From contig JAZSLO010000005.1 of NCBI GenBank assembly GCA_045535415.1, forward strand, positions 1 to 34,559: a stretch of 34,559 nt of DNA, read 5' to 3'. Source of the DNA: Eubacteriales bacterium. GTDB lineage: Bacteria > Bacillota > Clostridia > Oscillospirales > CAG-382. Under the pieces are notes generated by a model. That model made no database searches, was not told the DNA's origin, and saw only the letters and a program-made list of their open reading frames with translations. Below, piece after piece: positions 25,948-34,559 of this stretch. Both the position numbers and the translations under genes were made by a program. Within the stretch, counting starts at the first letter, position 1; each line of letters opens with the position of its first letter.

Positions 25948-26484
25948 ATGTATATGCTTAACAAACCCGAAGAAATAAGGGCCATTACCCTGCTTATAAT
26001 TTCTTATCTCGGAAACGAACTTGAATCAGATATTCTTCAGCCTGCCGTTCTTGCGACAGGCTATATGTCTATGACCGATTATATTGACTGCATTGAAAGT
26101 TTAAACCGCGACAATTTAATCTTTGTTATGAAAACAGGCAAAAAAGAAATATGCGGTATTACTGCAAAAGGAAAATCAATTCTTCCCGAACTTTGCACAC
26201 TTATTCCAGACGGTATAAGAAACGAGGCAATAAAATGCGCGTGGAGATATTACGAGTCACTCGTAAACGGCATTGAATATACGAGCAAAATCATAAAAGA
26301 GAAAGACGGGTATTACCTTGAAATGAGCGTTAAAGTTCATTCGAGAACAACCTGCTTTTCAAGAGTATATTTTGAAACCGAAAAAGAGGCACTTAGTGCC
26401 AAAAAGAACTGCGAAACAAGACCTCAGGCAGTTATCAACACAATTCTCGCCGGTGTTACGGGCGATGTCAACTTTATAATGTGA
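25948..26484 (+). CDS. DUF4364-like hypothetical protein
   Basis: About 178 aa, soluble. I recall this size and sequence style as the Clostridia-restricted DUF4364 family, but this is not verified. Start ambiguous (25942-25954) with no clear SD. The 3' end overlaps the next gene (ATGA at 26481-26484). Confidence 0.55.
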   Translation: MYMLNKPEEIRAITLLIISYLGNELESDILQPAVLATGYMSMTDYIDCIESLNRDNLIFVMKTGKKEICGITAKGKSILPELCTLIPDGIRNEAIKCAWRYYESLVNGIEYTSKIIKEKDGYYLEMSVKVHSRTTCFSRVYFETEKEALSAKKNCETRPQAVINTILAGVTGDVNFIM

Positions 26485-27047
26485 TGGAAAAGTTAAAGAC
26501 AAATCATATTATAGTTGTTGAGGGCAAATACGACAAAATAAAGCTTGAAAACATAATTGATGCACATATTATCACCACAAACGGATTTGCTCTTTTTAAC
26601 AGCGATGACAAGAAAAAACTTTTAAGCGTTTTGTCACAGGACAAGAAAATAGTCATTCTCACCGACAGCGACAGTGCAGGTTTTGTAATTAGAAACAAAT
26701 TAAAGGGTTATGTAAAAAATCCAAAAAACATTATAAACATTTATGCGCCAAGGCTATTTGGCAAAGAGCAAAGAAAAAGCTCTCCTTCAAAAGAAGGGCT
26801 TCTTGGGATTGAAGGAACTGACAGCGAAATTTTAAGAAATGTTCTTATAAGCGCCGGAATTTGTGATGACAACGAAAAAATGCCCAAAAAGGCATATACT
26901 AAGGCAAATTTATATGAAATGGGACTTTGCGGAAAACCCGACAGCACACAAAAAAGAGCCGAAATTTTAAAACATAACAATCTGCCCGAAAATATGAGTG
27001 CAAAAGCTTTTCTTGACATTGTAAATTTGCTGGGAATTGAATTATAA
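26481..27047 (+). CDS. Toprim-domain protein, RNase M5-like paralogue (Toprim + DUF4093-like C-terminus)
   Basis: 188 aa. IIVVEGKYD (Toprim Glu), VILTDSDSAG (DxD), GIEGTDSE and the C-terminal helical region align by eye with B. subtilis RnmV (IIVVEGRDD, ILTDPDFPG, GVEHAS). Confidence 0.7.
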   Translation: MMEKLKTNHIIVVEGKYDKIKLENIIDAHIITTNGFALFNSDDKKKLLSVLSQDKKIVILTDSDSAGFVIRNKLKGYVKNPKNIINIYAPRLFGKEQRKSSPSKEGLLGIEGTDSEILRNVLISAGICDDNEKMPKKAYTKANLYEMGLCGKPDSTQKRAEILKHNNLPENMSAKAFLDIVNLLGIEL

Positions 27048-27053
27048 AACAAC

Positions 27054-27091
27054 AAAAAACCGTGTACAAATGTACACGGTTTTTATTTTTT
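27054..27091. terminator. Bidirectional terminator between convergent genes
   Basis: 13-bp stem AAAACCGTGTACA / TGTACACGGTTTT (27056-27068 / 27071-27083) followed by TATTTTTT. Confidence 0.85.
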
Positions 27092-27096
27092 AATTA

Positions 27097-27408
27097 TTAG
27101 TCTTCCTTAAGTGAAGGACATTCTGAGCAATCGTCTGCGTCACAGTCTTCACATTCTCCCCAGTCCTCGTCGTCATCATAGTAATCGTCGCCATAAAGTT
27201 CGGATTCTACATCGCCAAGGTCGGAGTCGAGTTCATCTGCGTATTCATAAAGTGCATCGATATCGTCGTTTACTGCTTCAATTTCTTCGCTCATATCATC
27301 AAGTATTTCAACGATATTTGCAATTATTTTTCCTTCTTTTGTGGAAGCATCAAATTCCATGCCTTCCATAAGACCTTTAAGGTGTGCTACCTTTTCCTTG
27401 ATTTCCAT
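27097..27408 (-). CDS. Hyper-acidic small protein with C-terminal CxxC-x4-CxxC motif
   Basis: 103 aa from ATG 27408 (GGAGG SD, 8-nt spacer). The ORF-track TTG at 27423 overlaps the SD. Composition is 21 Asp and 18 Glu against 6 Lys and 0 Arg. Cys are at 86/89/94/97. It lies 32 nt downstream of efp. Confidence 0.75.
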   Translation of the reverse strand: MEIKEKVAHLKGLMEGMEFDASTKEGKIIANIVEILDDMSEEIEAVNDDIDALYEYADELDSDLGDVESELYGDDYYDDDEDWGECEDCDADDCSECPSLKED

Positions 27409-27440
27409 AACGCAAACCTCCAAATTATGATATTTTTTGC

Positions 27441-27998
27441 TTATACTCTTTCGATGTATTCGCTTGTTCTTGTATCAATCTTGAGAACATCTCCGATGTT
27501 GATAAAGAGCGGAACCTTAATCTGTGCTCCTGTTTCAAGAGTTGCAGGCTTTGATGCGCCTGTTGCTGTATCTCCCTTGAAGCCGGGTTCTGTTTCTGTA
27601 ACCTCAAGTTCAACGAACATGGGAGGTTCAACTCCAATAACGCTTCCCTTATAGGATACTACCTTACACATCATATTTTCCTTAACAAACTTGAAGCTGT
27701 CAGTAAGCTTATCTGCGTCAACAGGAATCTGTTCATAAGTTTCCATATCCATAAAGTAGTAAAGATTCGCATCTTCATAAAGATACTGCATATCTTTTCT
27801 TTCAACGTGTGCGAGCGGATACTTATCTGTGGGGTTGAATGTCTTTTCAACAACCGCACCTGTAATTACATTACGAAGCTTTGTTCTTACAAAAGCCGCA
27901 CCCTTACCGGGTTTTACATGCTGGAATTCGATTATCTGCATAACGCTTCCGTCCATATCGAATGTTATGCCGTTTCTGAAATCGCCTGCTGTTACCAT
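27441..27998 (-). CDS. efp: Elongation factor P
   Basis: 185 aa with the [15 protein letters not shown] loop. GGAGG SD. Confidence 0.97.
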   Translation of the reverse strand: MVTAGDFRNGITFDMDGSVMQIIEFQHVKPGKGAAFVRTKLRNVITGAVVEKTFNPTDKYPLAHVERKDMQYLYEDANLYYFMDMETYEQIPVDADKLTDSFKFVKENMMCKVVSYKGSVIGVEPPMFVELEVTETEPGFKGDTATGASKPATLETGAQIKVPLFINIGDVLKIDTRTSEYIERV

Positions 27999-28050
27999 TT
28001 ATTTGTCCTCCAAAATTTAAATTGCAAATTGTGCAACATTTATTTTCTAA

Positions 28051-28079
28051 ATTATACCACACTTAACAAATCTTTTCAA
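28051..28079 (-). promoter_or_regulatory. Sigma-A promoter of efp
   Basis: Minus strand: -35 TTGAAA (28074-28079), 17-nt spacer, TGG-TATAAT (28051-28056). Confidence 0.65.
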
Positions 28080-28119
28080 GGGGTTTTACCAAAAAATTGT
28101 GCGTTTTTTGTATTTTCCC

Positions 28120-29205
28120 TTAAATTACCACAAGTTCTTTAGGTGAGTGAGTTAAATTCTCATAAGAGTCCTTTGTAACCCTTACTATATCCTCAATTCT
28201 TACACCGAATTTACCCTCAAGGTATATTCCCGGCTCAACGCTAAGAACCGCATTTTCGGGAATTTCTTTATCACATTTGGGTGAGAAATTCGGGCTTTCG
28301 TGAATTTCAAGTCCAAGGCTATGTCCAAGGCTATGTCCGAATGCGCCCTTAAAACCCGTATTATCAATAAAGTCTCTTGCTGCTTTATCGGGTACACTTC
28401 CAATTACATTTGCTTTGATTTTTTCAAAGCCTCTGTTTTGAGCCTCAAGAACTGTATTATATACTTTTTTCATCTCGTCAGTTGGGTTTCCTACACAAAT
28501 TGTCCTTGTCATATCCGAGCAGTAGCCGTCATATTTTGCACCGAAATCCATAGTTAAAAAGCCTTTTTGCAAGGGCTCATAAGAAGGTGTTCCGTGCGGA
28601 AGCGACGATTTTGTGCCCGATACGCAAATCGTGTCAAAGGCTATATCGTCAGCACCGTTTTTCTTCATAAAGCACTCTATTTCAAGCGCAATACTTTTTT
28701 CAGAAAAATCTTTTCTTGACACATTATCGGATATAAAATCAAGAATATGAGAAAAAGCCAAATCGGTTATACTTTGAGCCTTTTTTATTTTGGAAATTTC
28801 CTCAGCTGTCTTTTGCATTCTGCACTCATTCAACATCTTCGAGCCGTCACACAAAGTAATATTTTTAAAGGCGTTTTCAAGTTTTTTATACATTGAAAAA
28901 CTTATAAAATCCTGTTCGACAAGAAGTGTTTTTGAATCACCAAGCAAGTCCTTTACTATTTCAAAAGGTGCTTTATCCTGAAGGACAATCTCAACATTTT
29001 TATCGATTTTTCCCTCGTTTTGCTTAATTTTTGCACTTTCGAAGTATCTGAAATCAAGGATATTATATATCTTGTCCCCGATGCAGAGCACATATCCGTC
29101 GGACGAGGCAAAACCTGTCACATATCGTCTGTTTACAGGTGACAAAAGCAAAAGTGCATCTCCATTTTGTTTTACAAGGCTTTTTAATTTTTGAAAATTA
29201 GCCAT
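28120..29205 (-). CDS. M24 family Xaa-Pro aminopeptidase/dipeptidase
   Basis: Creatinase-like N-domain plus pita-bread domain with HSLGHSLGLEIHE and EPGIY motifs. ATG 29205 follows AAGGTGA and sits 1 nt after the upstream TAA. Confidence 0.88.
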   Translation of the reverse strand: MANFQKLKSLVKQNGDALLLLSPVNRRYVTGFASSDGYVLCIGDKIYNILDFRYFESAKIKQNEGKIDKNVEIVLQDKAPFEIVKDLLGDSKTLLVEQDFISFSMYKKLENAFKNITLCDGSKMLNECRMQKTAEEISKIKKAQSITDLAFSHILDFISDNVSRKDFSEKSIALEIECFMKKNGADDIAFDTICVSGTKSSLPHGTPSYEPLQKGFLTMDFGAKYDGYCSDMTRTICVGNPTDEMKKVYNTVLEAQNRGFEKIKANVIGSVPDKAARDFIDNTGFKGAFGHSLGHSLGLEIHESPNFSPKCDKEIPENAVLSVEPGIYLEGKFGVRIEDIVRVTKDSYENLTHSPKELVVI

Positions 29206-29206
29206 C

Positions 29207-30073
29207 TTACTTTTCACCTTTCATTTCAAGGTAAAGTTTTTTCATGGAAAGTGCATCCTCTGCCATTGTGCCGTCTGACTCACAGATAATTGTAGGTGTC
29301 ACTCCAAGGTCGCAAATTGCCTTTATAAGAGGTTCGAAATCAGGACCATATGTTTTATCCTCAAAAGTAAGATGCCTTTTTTCTCCGCCGTTCGTATACT
29401 CTATCTTTGAAAAATGACAGTGAAGATTTTGTGCCGCCTCGGGAGATACGCCCTTTGATATTTTTTCAAACACCCTTTTATAATCATCTGCCGTCACGAA
29501 TACTCCGCCCATTTCTCTTGCATTCATATGACCGAAATCCACAACAGGAACAACTGTTTTATCGACACTGCACATATCTATAACTTCATCAAGAGTTCCG
29601 AACTGATTGACTTTTCCCATAGTTTCAATGCCCAAATCAAAGCCATAAAGTCCTTCGTCCTGGAGCTTTTGTATACAATAAGAAAGCGCCTCTTTAGCGT
29701 ACCCTGCAGCAACTTGTCTTTCAATTTTAGCGCATGAGCCTGCATGAATAACTATTGTCTTTCCGCCCATGAGTTTAAGCGCTCTTGCGCTGTCGAGGAT
29801 ATATTTCGAACTGTTCTTTCTCTTTTCTTCTTCAACAGAAGACAACGAAATAAAATAAGGTGCGTGGATTGAAATTTTGACACCTGCGTCCTTTGCATTA
29901 TCACCTATTAGCGTGAAAGTTTCGGGTTTTCCCATAACTCCTCTGCCCGCCTCATATTCATAAGCATCAAGACCGAAGTTTTTAACCCAATGCGGTGCTT
30001 CGTGTGTGGATTTACATCCCGATGCATAAAAACTTTCCGAGTTTCCGCCCGGTCCGAAAAGTGCTTTACTCAT
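29207..30073 (-). CDS. Endonuclease IV (Nfo)-like TIM-barrel protein
   Basis: HAPYFISLSS, GIETMGK and DFGHMNA resemble the Nfo metal-binding motifs (HAPYIINxxx, ETMAGKG, DTCH). ATG 30073 is preceded by GGAGG. Confidence 0.7.
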   Translation of the reverse strand: MSKALFGPGGNSESFYASGCKSTHEAPHWVKNFGLDAYEYEAGRGVMGKPETFTLIGDNAKDAGVKISIHAPYFISLSSVEEEKRKNSSKYILDSARALKLMGGKTIVIHAGSCAKIERQVAAGYAKEALSYCIQKLQDEGLYGFDLGIETMGKVNQFGTLDEVIDMCSVDKTVVPVVDFGHMNAREMGGVFVTADDYKRVFEKISKGVSPEAAQNLHCHFSKIEYTNGGEKRHLTFEDKTYGPDFEPLIKAICDLGVTPTIICESDGTMAEDALSMKKLYLEMKGEK

Positions 30074-30148
30074 TATTTCCTCCAATATAGCGCAAAATCC
30101 GAAGAATTCAAATTTGCTTGAACTCTCCGGATTTTCACTTTTTAAAAA

Positions 30149-31306
30149 TTATTCAGCGTCTGTTGTTTCTTCTGCAACTACTTCCTCTGCTGCAGTTTCT
30201 TCTGCTGCTTCTTCAGGCTCAATAAGTGCTCTTATTGAAAGGCTTACTCTCTTTGCTTCATAGTCGATTGCTGTAATCTTAACTGTTACAACCTGACCAA
30301 GTGAAAGCTCGTCAGCAGGCTTTCCAATCTTCTTATTTGAAATCTGAGAAATGTGAATAAGACCGTCAATTCCGGGAATTACTTCAGCAAATGCGCCAAA
30401 AGGTGTAAGGCTTACAACCTTTGCATCAACTACATCGCCTTCTGCATACTTATTTGCAAGAATTGTCCAGGGGTTATCTTCGTCAGCCTTATATCCAAGA
30501 GAAATTCTCTTCTTTTCTGCGTCGAGTTCCTTTACAAATACTGTGATTTCGTCGCCAACTTTTACAACTTCGGAAGGATTCTTGATTCTCTTCCAGGAAA
30601 GTTCGGAAACGTGAACCATTCCATCAACACCGCCAAGGTCAACAAATGCGCCATAGCTTGTGAGGGACTTAACCTTACCTGTAAACTTCTGACCAACTTC
30701 AACGCTTGACCAGAACTTTTCAAGTGCTGCATTTCTTTCTTCTCTTGCAACAACCTTGATAGAGCCAACAGCTCTCTTTCTCTGCTTGTTTGTACCAATA
30801 ACCTTGAGTTTAACTGTGTTTCCAAGGAATACCTGAAGGTCGCTTTCTTCGTAAGCTTCTTCTCTTCTGGGAAGTGTTGTCTGTGATGTGGGAACAAATA
30901 CTCTGCCAGCCTCACAAAGAACAACTATACCGCCTCTTGTAGCTTCGATAACCTTACCTTCAAGAACAGCTCCGCTATTTTCAGCTTCTTCCATTGCGAT
31001 CCAGTTCTTATCAGCATCAATTCTCTTCTTTGATACAAGAACTGTACCTTCAGCATCGTTGAACTTTTCAACAACTACTTCTATTTCATCGCCTACTTTA
31101 ACAAGGTTTTCCATCTTTGCAGAAGGATCATCTGTCATTTCGGAAAGCGGAACTATACCTGTATATTTTATACCAAGATCCACATGTACTTCTGTTGCAG
31201 ATACTGATGTTACTACTCCTTTTACTCTTTCTCCGGGTCTGAGCATTTTGAGGGCTACATCAAGCATCTCCGCAAAGCTCATGCTGTCGTTAATTTCTGT
31301 GTTCAT
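30149..31306 (-). CDS. rpsA: 30S ribosomal protein S1 (four S1 domains, acidic tail)
   Basis: 385 aa with repeated S1 OB-fold motifs (G.V....GAFV.L....G..H.S). ATGA overlap with the ispH stop. Confidence 0.9.
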   Translation of the reverse strand: MNTEINDSMSFAEMLDVALKMLRPGERVKGVVTSVSATEVHVDLGIKYTGIVPLSEMTDDPSAKMENLVKVGDEIEVVVEKFNDAEGTVLVSKKRIDADKNWIAMEEAENSGAVLEGKVIEATRGGIVVLCEAGRVFVPTSQTTLPRREEAYEESDLQVFLGNTVKLKVIGTNKQRKRAVGSIKVVAREERNAALEKFWSSVEVGQKFTGKVKSLTSYGAFVDLGGVDGMVHVSELSWKRIKNPSEVVKVGDEITVFVKELDAEKKRISLGYKADEDNPWTILANKYAEGDVVDAKVVSLTPFGAFAEVIPGIDGLIHISQISNKKIGKPADELSLGQVVTVKITAIDYEAKRVSLSIRALIEPEEAAEETAAEEVVAEETTDAE

Positions 31307-32241
31307 TTTGTTTTTTCGCCGTGTTTTAACAAAAGGTCTGTCAAACCGGCTTTTACCTCCTCTATTATATCATCAGGTGTTGATGCACCTGCTGTTATCC
31401 CAACAGTGAATTTTTTATTATGATCACAAATTTTGTCATATAGTTTTAAAACTTCATTTGTGTCAATATCGTCCATACTCTGTATAAGATATGTATTTTT
31501 GCATTTGTCACGGGAAATTTCATACAGTTTTCTTGTGTTTGAACTATGAAGTCCGCCAACCACGAAAACACAGTCGCATTTTGACGCAAGTTCAATTACT
31601 TCATTCTGTCTATTTTCCGTAACCTTGCATATTGTATCAAAAATTTTCGAATTTGTATATAGTTTTCGTACAACATTTTGATAATTTACATATTTTTCAT
31701 TATTGAATGTGGTTTGGGACGCTAATAGTATACATTTTTCACGATTATTTAAACTTTCGTTAATAATCGTATCCAATTCCTGCTCATTACAGCAGGAAAA
31801 TGTTTGTGTATGCGAATAACTTTTTATCCCAACAACCTCAGGGTGATTTTTATCGCCCATTATAATTACTGCATCCGCATCCTTTGAATTTTTATCAACT
31901 ATATCGTGAATTCTCTTTACAAATGGACATGTGGCATCGACATATTCAAAGCCGTTTTGCTCAAGATATGTTACTATTTCTTTTTTTATTCCATGAGTTC
32001 TGATAACAAGAACACAACTGTCCTTCTCGAGCAAAAGACTTGAAATTTCCTCTTCCTCAATGCTGAAAATTCCATCATCCTCAAGACGCTTTATAAACAG
32101 TTCATTATGTATTAAATGGCCTATTGTATATATCTTTTTATCAGTCTTGCTTCTCAGGTCATAAATCATATCAACCGCGCGTCTGACACCAAAGCAAAAG
32201 CCTGAATTTTCGGCAAGTTTAATTTCAAAATTATTTATCAT
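31303..32241 (-). CDS. ispH: 4-hydroxy-3-methylbut-2-enyl diphosphate reductase
   Basis: 312 aa with GFCFGVRRAV, DATCPFV and SSNTRKL motifs (three cluster Cys). Confidence 0.93.
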   Translation of the reverse strand: MINNFEIKLAENSGFCFGVRRAVDMIYDLRSKTDKKIYTIGHLIHNELFIKRLEDDGIFSIEEEEISSLLLEKDSCVLVIRTHGIKKEIVTYLEQNGFEYVDATCPFVKRIHDIVDKNSKDADAVIIMGDKNHPEVVGIKSYSHTQTFSCCNEQELDTIINESLNNREKCILLASQTTFNNEKYVNYQNVVRKLYTNSKIFDTICKVTENRQNEVIELASKCDCVFVVGGLHSSNTRKLYEISRDKCKNTYLIQSMDDIDTNEVLKLYDKICDHNKKFTVGITAGASTPDDIIEEVKAGLTDLLLKHGEKTK

Positions 32242-32866
32242 ACTGACCGTTCTCCGCTGTTTTGGAAAGATCTATGATTTTTTCAAAAATCTTCTCCGAC
32301 ACAGCCTGATATTCTTCTTTTGTATTCTCTACAAAGCCCAAAGAGTCATACGGCATTTTTTCGCCGACTACAATATACACCTTTTTGAAAAGTCTTATTT
32401 TATTGCCCTTTGTATAAAGTCCGACAGGCAAAACATCCGCCTTTGAATGATTTATCATCATTCCGATACCGCTTTTTACCTGTGAAATTTCAGGTTCTAC
32501 ACCTACATATCTCTTTCCCTGCGGAAACATACAGATGTTATTTCCGTCTTTAAGAAGTCCCAATGTAAGTCTTATTGCACCAAGGTCGCCCACTCCCCTG
32601 TTTATAGGGAATGCACCAAGCATTGACAGAACTTTTCCAAGCGGTTTAAACTTGAAAAGTTCAGCCTTTGCCATAAAATTGACATTGCTTTTCATAATAC
32701 AAGCCATAATAACAGGGTCCCAGTTTGACATATGGTTTGCACACACTATTGTCTTTTCAATATTCTTTTCATTTTCCGCACCTATATATTCAACACGGAA
32801 AAGAAATTTCATAACGCCTGACAAAGCACCTGTTACTTTACTATACAGTTTCATTGAGTTTTTCAT
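32231..32866 (-). CDS. plsC: 1-acyl-sn-glycerol-3-phosphate acyltransferase
   Basis: 211 aa with an NHMSNWD HX4D motif and FPQGKR. ATG 32866 is preceded by GGAGA and overlaps the cmk 3' end by 26 nt. Confidence 0.88.
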   Translation of the reverse strand: MKNSMKLYSKVTGALSGVMKFLFRVEYIGAENEKNIEKTIVCANHMSNWDPVIMACIMKSNVNFMAKAELFKFKPLGKVLSMLGAFPINRGVGDLGAIRLTLGLLKDGNNICMFPQGKRYVGVEPEISQVKSGIGMMINHSKADVLPVGLYTKGNKIRLFKKVYIVVGEKMPYDSLGFVENTKEEYQAVSEKIFEKIIDLSKTAENGQYDK

Positions 32867-33515
32867 TTATTATCTCCAATGCCCTCTCTACAGTTTCTTC
32901 AAAGGTAAATTCGGAATTATCAAAAATTATTGCATCCTCTGCCGCAACACACGGTGCAGTTTTTCTCTGCGAATCGTTTTTGTCACGGATTTTCATATCA
33001 GAAAGTACATCCTCAAGTGTTACATTCTGGCCCTTTTCAAGAAGTTCTGCAACTCTTCTCTTAGCACGGCTAACCTCATTTGCAACAAGGAAAATTTTGA
33101 CATTCGCATCCGGCAAAACAACAGTTCCGATATCTCTTCCGTCCATTATGACGCTTCTTGTTTTTGCAAAGTTCCTTTGCATTTCAAGAAGAAATGCACG
33201 CACGCTCGGGTGCGCTGACACTTTTGATGCGTACATTGACATTTCGGGAGTTCTGATTTTTTCAGAGACATCCTCGCCGTTAAGATATATCTTCTGTGCA
33301 CCCTCGAACCATTCAAGTTTTATAGAAATTTTATCAAAATTCTCACTTAAAGTTTTTTCATCATCGGGGTTTATATCATTTTGTTTTGCAAAGTAGCCGA
33401 CTGTTCTGTATATTGCACCCGTGTCAACATACAAAATAGAAAGTCTTTTCGCCAAAGCCTTTGCAAGTGATGATTTTCCGGCACCTGACGGTCCGTCAAT
33501 TGCTATTGAATACAT
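32841..33515 (-). CDS. cmk: Cytidylate kinase
   Basis: 224 aa with an IAIDGPSGAGKSS P-loop and a DTGAIYR motif. Confidence 0.95.
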   Translation of the reverse strand: MYSIAIDGPSGAGKSSLAKALAKRLSILYVDTGAIYRTVGYFAKQNDINPDDEKTLSENFDKISIKLEWFEGAQKIYLNGEDVSEKIRTPEMSMYASKVSAHPSVRAFLLEMQRNFAKTRSVIMDGRDIGTVVLPDANVKIFLVANEVSRAKRRVAELLEKGQNVTLEDVLSDMKIRDKNDSQRKTAPCVAAEDAIIFDNSEFTFEETVERALEIINEKLNETV

Positions 33516-33526
33516 TTATTTTCTCC

Positions 33527-34559
33527 TTAATTTTCAGATTGTGCAGCACTTTTTCCTGCAAGATACCCTGTCGAAAAGGCAATTTGCAAATTAAAGCCGC
33601 CCGTATATGCGTCAACATCTATAACCTCGCCTGCAAAATAAAGTCCTTTTACAAGTTTCGATTCAAGTGTCGACGGGTTTATTTCCTTGACACTAACGCC
33701 GCCGCTTGTGATAATTGCTTCATTTACAGGTCTTGTTCCTGAAATTTCGATTTCAAAATTCTTTAGAGCCCACACAATTTTCTGTCTTTGCTCTTTTGTT
33801 ATACTGTTAGGCTTTAAATCCTGAGAAAGTCCGCAATAGTTTATAAAAGGAATTATCATTTTGAATGGCAAAAGATCATTTAGTGCATTTGACAAATCCT
33901 TGTTTATATACTTTGAAAAATCCGACAAAACGCGCTTATCAAGAGTATTTTCATCAAGTGCAGGTTTTAAATCAATGCTTATTTTATATTTTGATTTTTC
34001 AAAATTCTTCATATGTGCGGATGCACTCAAAATGAGCGGTCCTGACATGCCAAAATGTGTGAAAAGCATTTCGCCAAGTTCACTGAATACGCTTTTATTT
34101 TTCTTTGTATCAACAAGTTTTACTTTAACGCTTCTTCAAGACAAGCCTTGAAGATCTTTGCATATTTCATTATCACTTGTAAGAGGCACAAGAGAGGGTT
34201 TTATTTCCTTTACTGTATGCCCGAAGTTTTGTGCGAATTTATATCCGTCACCATCACTTCCCGTAACAGTATAGGACGCGCCGCCCGTACAGATTACAAC
34301 TGAATCAAACTCGTTTATTCCCTTTTCATGAGAAACTTTAAATTTATCGTCTGTTTTTTCAACATTCTCGACTTTTGAATTAAGAATTCTTACATTTTGC
34401 TTTTTGAGTTTGTTTTTGAGAGCCAGAAGAACATCAAGTGACTTATCGGATACGGGAAATACTCTGTTTCCCCTCTCAACCTTAAGTGCACACCCCTCAT
34501 CTTCAAAAAACTGCATAAGCTTTTGCGGTGAAATTTCATTAAAGGATGCATACAGAAAC
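33527..34559 (-). pseudogene. BaiN/HI0933-family NAD(P)/FAD-dependent oxidoreductase interrupted by one in-frame TGA; 5' end outside the window
   Basis: ORFs 34136-34516 and 33527-34069 are in the same frame, as are the 66 nt between them. The continuous reading is ...CKDLQGLS-TGA-RSVKVKLVDTKKNKSVFSELGEMLFTHFGMSGP.... The frame stays open to position 34559. Confidence 0.8.

Noticed and set aside
34136-34138. The in-frame TGA as selenocysteine or as evidence of a reassigned genetic code (code 4 or 25)
   Set aside because: TGA terminates rplM, relA, cdaR, ispH and divIC in this same window at expected protein ends. No other gene is broken by TGA. Homologues have Leu rather than Cys/Sec at this site as far as I recall, and no SECIS-like hairpin follows.
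1-34559. CRISPR arrays, tRNA/rRNA genes, IS elements, integrases, prophage or known defence-system genes
   Set aside because: No non-coding stretch exceeds about 235 nt. No regularly spaced direct repeats were seen. No transposase, recombinase, reverse-transcriptase or restriction-like ORF appears in either the ORF track or my reading.

Overview
AT-rich chromosomal core region of a spore-forming Bacillota (Clostridia-like) genome. This rests on yabP, yabQ, a spoVB/yabM-like gene, hemZ, a two-subunit-type fumarase and coaW. I support about 43 protein genes, and about 35 of them lie on the minus strand in very tightly packed arrays. There are two plus-strand islands, at 5502-9257 and 25550-27047. 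Recognisable content:
- Na/Pi cotransporter
- two GNAT acetyltransferases
- rplM-rpsI
- an acyltransferase-3 membrane protein
- an ECF S-component plus type II pantothenate kinase operon
- hpf
- the yabO-yabP-yabQ-divIC block, and hup
- a roughly 12.6 kb run with no gaps or terminators: cdaA-cdaR-FAD protein-rseC-like-recJ-relA-dtd-hemZ-spoVB-like-mazG
- efp, pepP, and an Nfo-like TIM barrel
- cmk-plsC-ispH-rpsA
- a BaiN/HI0933-type flavoprotein interrupted by one in-frame TGA, running off the window end

I saw no rRNA, tRNA, CRISPR array, transposase, integrase or phage genes, and no intergenic gap exceeds about 235 nt. The ORF track uses alternative start codons, so several long N-terminal extensions were trimmed using Shine-Dalgarno positions read from the sequence.

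The least explained content:
1. An HprK-like P-loop kinase is translationally coupled to a soluble SipW/ER-type S26-like peptidase, and both are appended to the pantothenate salvage operon.
2. A DUF4364-like gene overlaps an RNase M5-like Toprim paralogue and sits behind a promoter that predicts a near-leaderless mRNA.
3. A hyper-acidic Cys4 protein lies downstream of efp.
4. An orphan gene is boxed between two strong terminators directly behind rpsI.
5. An orphan fumarase alpha subunit is wired into the divIC operon.

All family assignments come from motif recognition by eye. No database search was run.
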